Shown here in pieces: positions 60,588 to 64,000 of a stretch of DNA of 64,000 bases. The notes below the pieces were generated by a model that saw only the letters and a list, made by a program, of their open reading frames with translations, was not told the DNA's origin and made no database searches. Within the stretch, counting starts at the first letter, position 1; every line of letters starts with the position of its first letter. The DNA is from an uncultured Chloroflexia bacterium (GTDB lineage: Bacteria > Chloroflexota > Limnocylindria > Limnocylindrales > CSP1-4), in contig CAWIOR010000015.1 in assembly GCA_963837825.1 (NCBI GenBank), positions 390,235 through 454,234 of the forward strand. The letters are read 5' to 3'. Made by a program: the position numbers and the translations under genes.

Positions 60588-61916
60588 ATGGCAACGGAGA
60601 CCAGCCGGGACGAGGCGATCGCCCGAGTCGTCGAGTCGGCCACGCGGCTCGGCGTCGAGCTCGACGAGCGCGAAGCCGCTGAGTGGGTCGCGGCGATGGA
60701 GACCGAGGCGAGCGGGGGCGAGCTCGTGGTCGACGTGGACAGCGGCGTCTACGGCCACCGGGTCACGATGCTCGACTTCCAGCCGCAGGACCTGGCCCGG
60801 TTCCGCGAGATGTCGACGGTCGTCGGCTTCGAGGACCGTCCGCCGCAGGTCGTGACGGCCCTGTCGATCTCCGGGTCGGCGGCCCAGAGCAAGATCAACG
60901 CCTACCCGGCCGACTGCGACTTCTTCGAGCGGATCCACATCCGAGCCGACACGCGCGAGGAGGCGTGCGCCATCCTGGCAGACCTCATCCGCGAGAAGGC
61001 GCTGGCCACGGCCGTCGGGCCGAGCCACCGGCTGTGGGAGGTCAAGTTCGGGTCGCACCCGGTCGCGGCGACGAAGGGCGGCCGGCCGGTGGGCGCCGGG
61101 TCGCCGATGTCGTGGACCATGGAGGAGGTCAGGGCCGGCCAGATGGAGGTCACCCTGCCCGACGGCGCGCTGCGCGTCTACACCTGGGAGGATGCGTCGC
61201 ATGACCCGGGCTGGTGCAAGCTCGACTGGGTCATCGCCGACAAGACCCGCGGCCAGCTGGCCAACGCGAGCAATGTCCTCGATCCGACCTGGGAGGCGCC
61301 CGACGGCACGATCGTGCCGCTCGACGGCTTCCTCGACCCGTACTACCAGGAGGTCTACCTCGAGTCCGAGTCGATCCCGCTCTTCTCGAAGCTCGTCAAG
61401 GAGCTCTCGGCGGATTCGGTCGACGACTACGTCGACACGCTCGAGCACGAGGTCTGGAAGTACACCGTCAAGGAGCCGAATTTCGGCAAGGCCGCGCGGC
61501 GGATGTACAACGTCTTCCGGATGAACGGGAAGTACGGCGAGGCGGCCTACATCCGCGAGCTGTTCGATGAGCCGGTGACCGCGCTCTACCAGGTCTCGGC
61601 GCTCATCCGGACGCTCGATGATGCCGCATCCTCGGGCGACGTCTTCGACACGAGCACGATGGTCTCGCAGGTTGACGGCCTGATCATGTCGGCCATCCAG
61701 GCGCTCGACGGCCCGGACGAGGCCCAGATGGTCGGCCATCTGCTGAAGTTGCGGAACTCACTCCAGGCACGCGAGTCGCACGACGCGCGATCGGACGAGA
61801 TGAGCGGCATCCAGGACGCCGCGCTCGGTGCGGTGAACGCCTACTTCGAGCGGGCCCTGCGGTCGGTGCCGGAGATCGAGGCGTACCTCGAGGACATCGC
61901 CAAGCGGGCACCGTAG
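60588..61916 (+). CDS. Hypothetical protein with Pol-beta-superfamily nucleotidyltransferase signature
   Basis: Intact 442 aa. SISGSAAQSKINAYPADCDFFERIHI matches hG[GS]-x11-DxD. The later strand GWCKLDWVIAD supplies a candidate third Asp. The C-terminal ~200 aa look helical. Confidence 0.55.
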   Translation: MATETSRDEAIARVVESATRLGVELDEREAAEWVAAMETEASGGELVVDVDSGVYGHRVTMLDFQPQDLARFREMSTVVGFEDRPPQVVTALSISGSAAQSKINAYPADCDFFERIHIRADTREEACAILADLIREKALATAVGPSHRLWEVKFGSHPVAATKGGRPVGAGSPMSWTMEEVRAGQMEVTLPDGALRVYTWEDASHDPGWCKLDWVIADKTRGQLANASNVLDPTWEAPDGTIVPLDGFLDPYYQEVYLESESIPLFSKLVKELSADSVDDYVDTLEHEVWKYTVKEPNFGKAARRMYNVFRMNGKYGEAAYIRELFDEPVTALYQVSALIRTLDDAASSGDVFDTSTMVSQVDGLIMSAIQALDGPDEAQMVGHLLKLRNSLQARESHDARSDEMSGIQDAALGAVNAYFERALRSVPEIEAYLEDIAKRAP

Positions 61917-61925
61917 CAACCCGTA

Positions 61926-63260
61926 TCAGGACGCCGCTGGATCTCCGAGTGCCTCCGCCGCCGCGTCGACCGCGGCGGCCACGAAGCCGTCCACGTCGGC
62001 CTCGACCATCGGGGTCATCAGGGCGCCCATCCCGCGCGGGGCGGTGAAGTAGCCGGCGACGAGCAGCGCCAGGTGGAAGCGGGTCGCGCGCGTCTTCGCG
62101 GCCGCGGCCGCCGCCGGATCGCCGCCCGTCCGGCCCGTCGCGATGCTCCCCGCGTCGCCAGCAGGCCCCAGGTGGACCTGGAAGAGCGACGCGACACCGG
62201 TCACCCGCGCGTCGAGCGCGGCCGCGGCGAAGCCCGCGGCCAGCCCCGCCCGGAGGCGATCGCCCAGGGCGGCCAATCGTGCGTACCGCTCGGGGGTGAG
62301 GTGGCGGAGCGTGGCCAGCCCCGCGGCCGCCGTCACCGGGTTCCCGTTGAACGTGCCGCCGTGGGCCATCGCCCCCGGGTGGCGTGCGTCGAGCCGGTCC
62401 ATGACCTCGGCGCTGCCGCCGAACGCGCCGACCGGGTACCCGCCGCCGATGATCTTGCCCAGGGCGGTCAGGTCCGGCGCGACGCCGTACATCCCCTGGG
62501 CGCCACCCGGCCCGACCCGGAAGGCGATCACCTCGTCGAACACCAGGAGAATCCCGTGGCGCCGCGTGTACGCCCGTAGCTCGGCGAGGAAGCGCGGGTC
62601 GGCGGGGACCATCCCCGCCACCCCCTGGACGGGCTCGATGATGACCGCCGCGACGTCGCCCTCCCGTCCCGCCAGCGCCCGCTCGACCCCGGCCATGTCG
62701 TTGAAGGGCAGCTCGACGACGAGGTCGCCGAGCCGCGCCGGCACGCCGACGGAGCCGGTCATCACCAGGTCGTGCGTGCCGTGATAAGCGCCCGCGAACT
62801 TGGCGATGACGTCCCGGCCCGTGTGCGCGCGAGCGAGCCGGAGGGCGAACATCGTCGCCTCCGTGCCGGAGTTCGTGAACCGGATCCGCTCGATCGAGGG
62901 CGCCCGCCCGACGATCTCCTCGGCCAGCTCGATCTCGACCTCGCGGGGCGCCGCGAAGGCCGACCCACGCCGGACCTGGGCCTCCACCGCCGCGACGACC
63001 TCGGGGTGGGCGTGACCGACGATGAGCGAGGTGTAGTTGCCCAGGAAGTCGAGGTATGCGTTCCCGTCGACGTCGGTCAGCGTCGCGCCCTGCCCCTCGG
63101 CGATGTACGGCGGATACGGGTCGCTGAACGTAGTCGTCCGGGTCGACCCGCCGGGCAGCACCCGCGTGGCCCGCTCGAACAGGGCGGCCGAGGTCGGGGT
63201 CCGGGCGGTGTAGCGGTCGAGGGTGGAGCGCCTCGCCGAGCGATCCAGGAAAGCGGTCAT
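61926..63260 (-). CDS. Class-III (aspartate aminotransferase family) PLP enzyme, glutamate-1-semialdehyde 2,1-aminomutase-like
   Basis: Intact 444 aa. Contains FTNSGTEATMFALRLAR, IIEPVQGVAGMVP, LVFDEVIAFRVGPGG and the PLP-lysine context LGKIIGGGYPVGAFGG. Confidence 0.85.
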   Translation of the reverse strand: MTAFLDRSARRSTLDRYTARTPTSAALFERATRVLPGGSTRTTTFSDPYPPYIAEGQGATLTDVDGNAYLDFLGNYTSLIVGHAHPEVVAAVEAQVRRGSAFAAPREVEIELAEEIVGRAPSIERIRFTNSGTEATMFALRLARAHTGRDVIAKFAGAYHGTHDLVMTGSVGVPARLGDLVVELPFNDMAGVERALAGREGDVAAVIIEPVQGVAGMVPADPRFLAELRAYTRRHGILLVFDEVIAFRVGPGGAQGMYGVAPDLTALGKIIGGGYPVGAFGGSAEVMDRLDARHPGAMAHGGTFNGNPVTAAAGLATLRHLTPERYARLAALGDRLRAGLAAGFAAAALDARVTGVASLFQVHLGPAGDAGSIATGRTGGDPAAAAAAKTRATRFHLALLVAGYFTAPRGMGALMTPMVEADVDGFVAAAVDAAAEALGDPAAS

Positions 63261-63336
63261 CGGTCACCTCGTCGTGGCGCCGGGATCGCCGACAACCTAC
63301 CACGCAGCGGCCGGGCCGACGGACCGGGCGTGTCGG

Positions 63337-64000
63337 TCAGGGCACCGGGACGACGATGACGAAGTTGCCGGTCTTCTTGGGGTACACGCCGAGGGGTCGC
63401 TTCCAGGGCAGGAAGTCCTCAGACAGGGCGCCGACGGGCACGCTGGCGTCGGGCTTGCGCGAGTAGCCCCACAGGGTCGAGAAGCGCGGATACCAGACGT
63501 CCTCGATCCGGACCGAGGTCACCGTGAAGGCGTCCGTCAGGGCCGGGTCGGCGGTGGCGTTGAAGCCGGACATCACCCACGAGTGGGCGCCACGCCAGAC
63601 CATCAGGCCGGCCGGCCGGTTGGTCAGCCGGATCCGCTGCGCCGCGAGGTGGATCGCCGCCCTGATCGACGGCTGGATGCTCACCTCGAACTCCCCGTAG
63701 CCGAGCTCGCCGAGCCCCTTGGCCCAGGCCTCCGGCTCCGCCGCCCCGTCGGGTGCCGGGTCGATCGACCGGGTCAGATCGAACAGCCGCGCCTGGGTCG
63801 CCCGCGATCGGTCCGCCCCGCTGTCCATGATGTTCATCGTCGTCTGCATCGCCGCCGGCAGGCACCAGATGTCCTTGAACTCGCCGACGAAGTCGCCCTC
63901 CTCGTAGAGGTCCATCGCGAACGGGCCGGGCGTCGGGGTGGGACTCGGCGCAGCCGGTGAGCTCGAGGCCCCGGCGCTCGGGACCGCCGACGCGCCGGGA
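63337..64000 (-). CDS. Papain-fold (C39-like) cysteine peptidase domain protein; N-terminus probably beyond window edge
   Basis: Candidate catalytic Cys in DIWCLPAAMQTTMNIM and His in RGAHSWVMSGF. The frame stays open upstream of the ATG at 63915 through a P/S/A/T linker to the window end. Confidence 0.5.
   Translation of the reverse strand, partial: PGASAVPSAGASSSPAAPSPTPTPGPFAMDLYEEGDFVGEFKDIWCLPAAMQTTMNIMDSGADRSRATQARLFDLTRSIDPAPDGAAEPEAWAKGLGELGYGEFEVSIQPSIRAAIHLAAQRIRLTNRPAGLMVWRGAHSWVMSGFNATADPALTDAFTVTSVRIEDVWYPRFSTLWGYSRKPDASVPVGALSEDFLPWKRPLGVYPKKTGNFVIVVPVP

Overview
Very GC-rich bacterial chromosomal segment. F420-dependent enzymes, a DinB-type protein, TAT signals, frequent GTG starts and 4-nt start/stop overlaps suggest Actinobacteria or Chloroflexota. 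I can support about 58 protein-coding loci, one tRNA-Gly(UCC), an orphan copy of that tRNA's 5' half, and several short tandem or palindromic repeats. I found no rRNA, CRISPR array, transposase, integrase or phage genes. Gene content from left to right: an ABC-2 exporter; a GerW/DUF4342 pair; a pyruvate:ferredoxin oxidoreductase carrying an inserted CBS pair; an acetyl-CoA hydrolase/transferase; a GAF kinase with a NarL-type regulator; a multicopper oxidase; a USP; a two-subunit CoA-transferase split by an odd 500-bp repeat-rich spacer; gabT, an aldehyde dehydrogenase and a HAD hydrolase; fabI; a NicO-Fur-DUF427 metal operon; a LacI-controlled uptake/catabolic locus (PotABCD-type transporter, DegT aminotransferase, Zn-ADH, two or three xylose-isomerase-like TIM barrels, and an 866-aa CehA/PHP-type protein with an unknown N-terminal half); a TetR/DUF4260 unit with a clear promoter and operator; corA; a double-zinc-ribbon adenylate cyclase-STAND-TPR protein; an NfeD/SPFH pair; and a 7-kb cassette bracketed by tRNA-Gly and a copy of its 5' half, followed by an orphan protein with a nucleotidyltransferase signature. 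Major caveat: roughly 26 of these genes can only be read by switching frames, often several times per gene. Whole blocks of neighbouring genes are uninterrupted. I label the broken ones pseudogene 'as assembled', but uneven indel errors in the assembly are at least as likely as real decay. All product calls rest on motifs I recognise by eye in the supplied translations. No database search was run.
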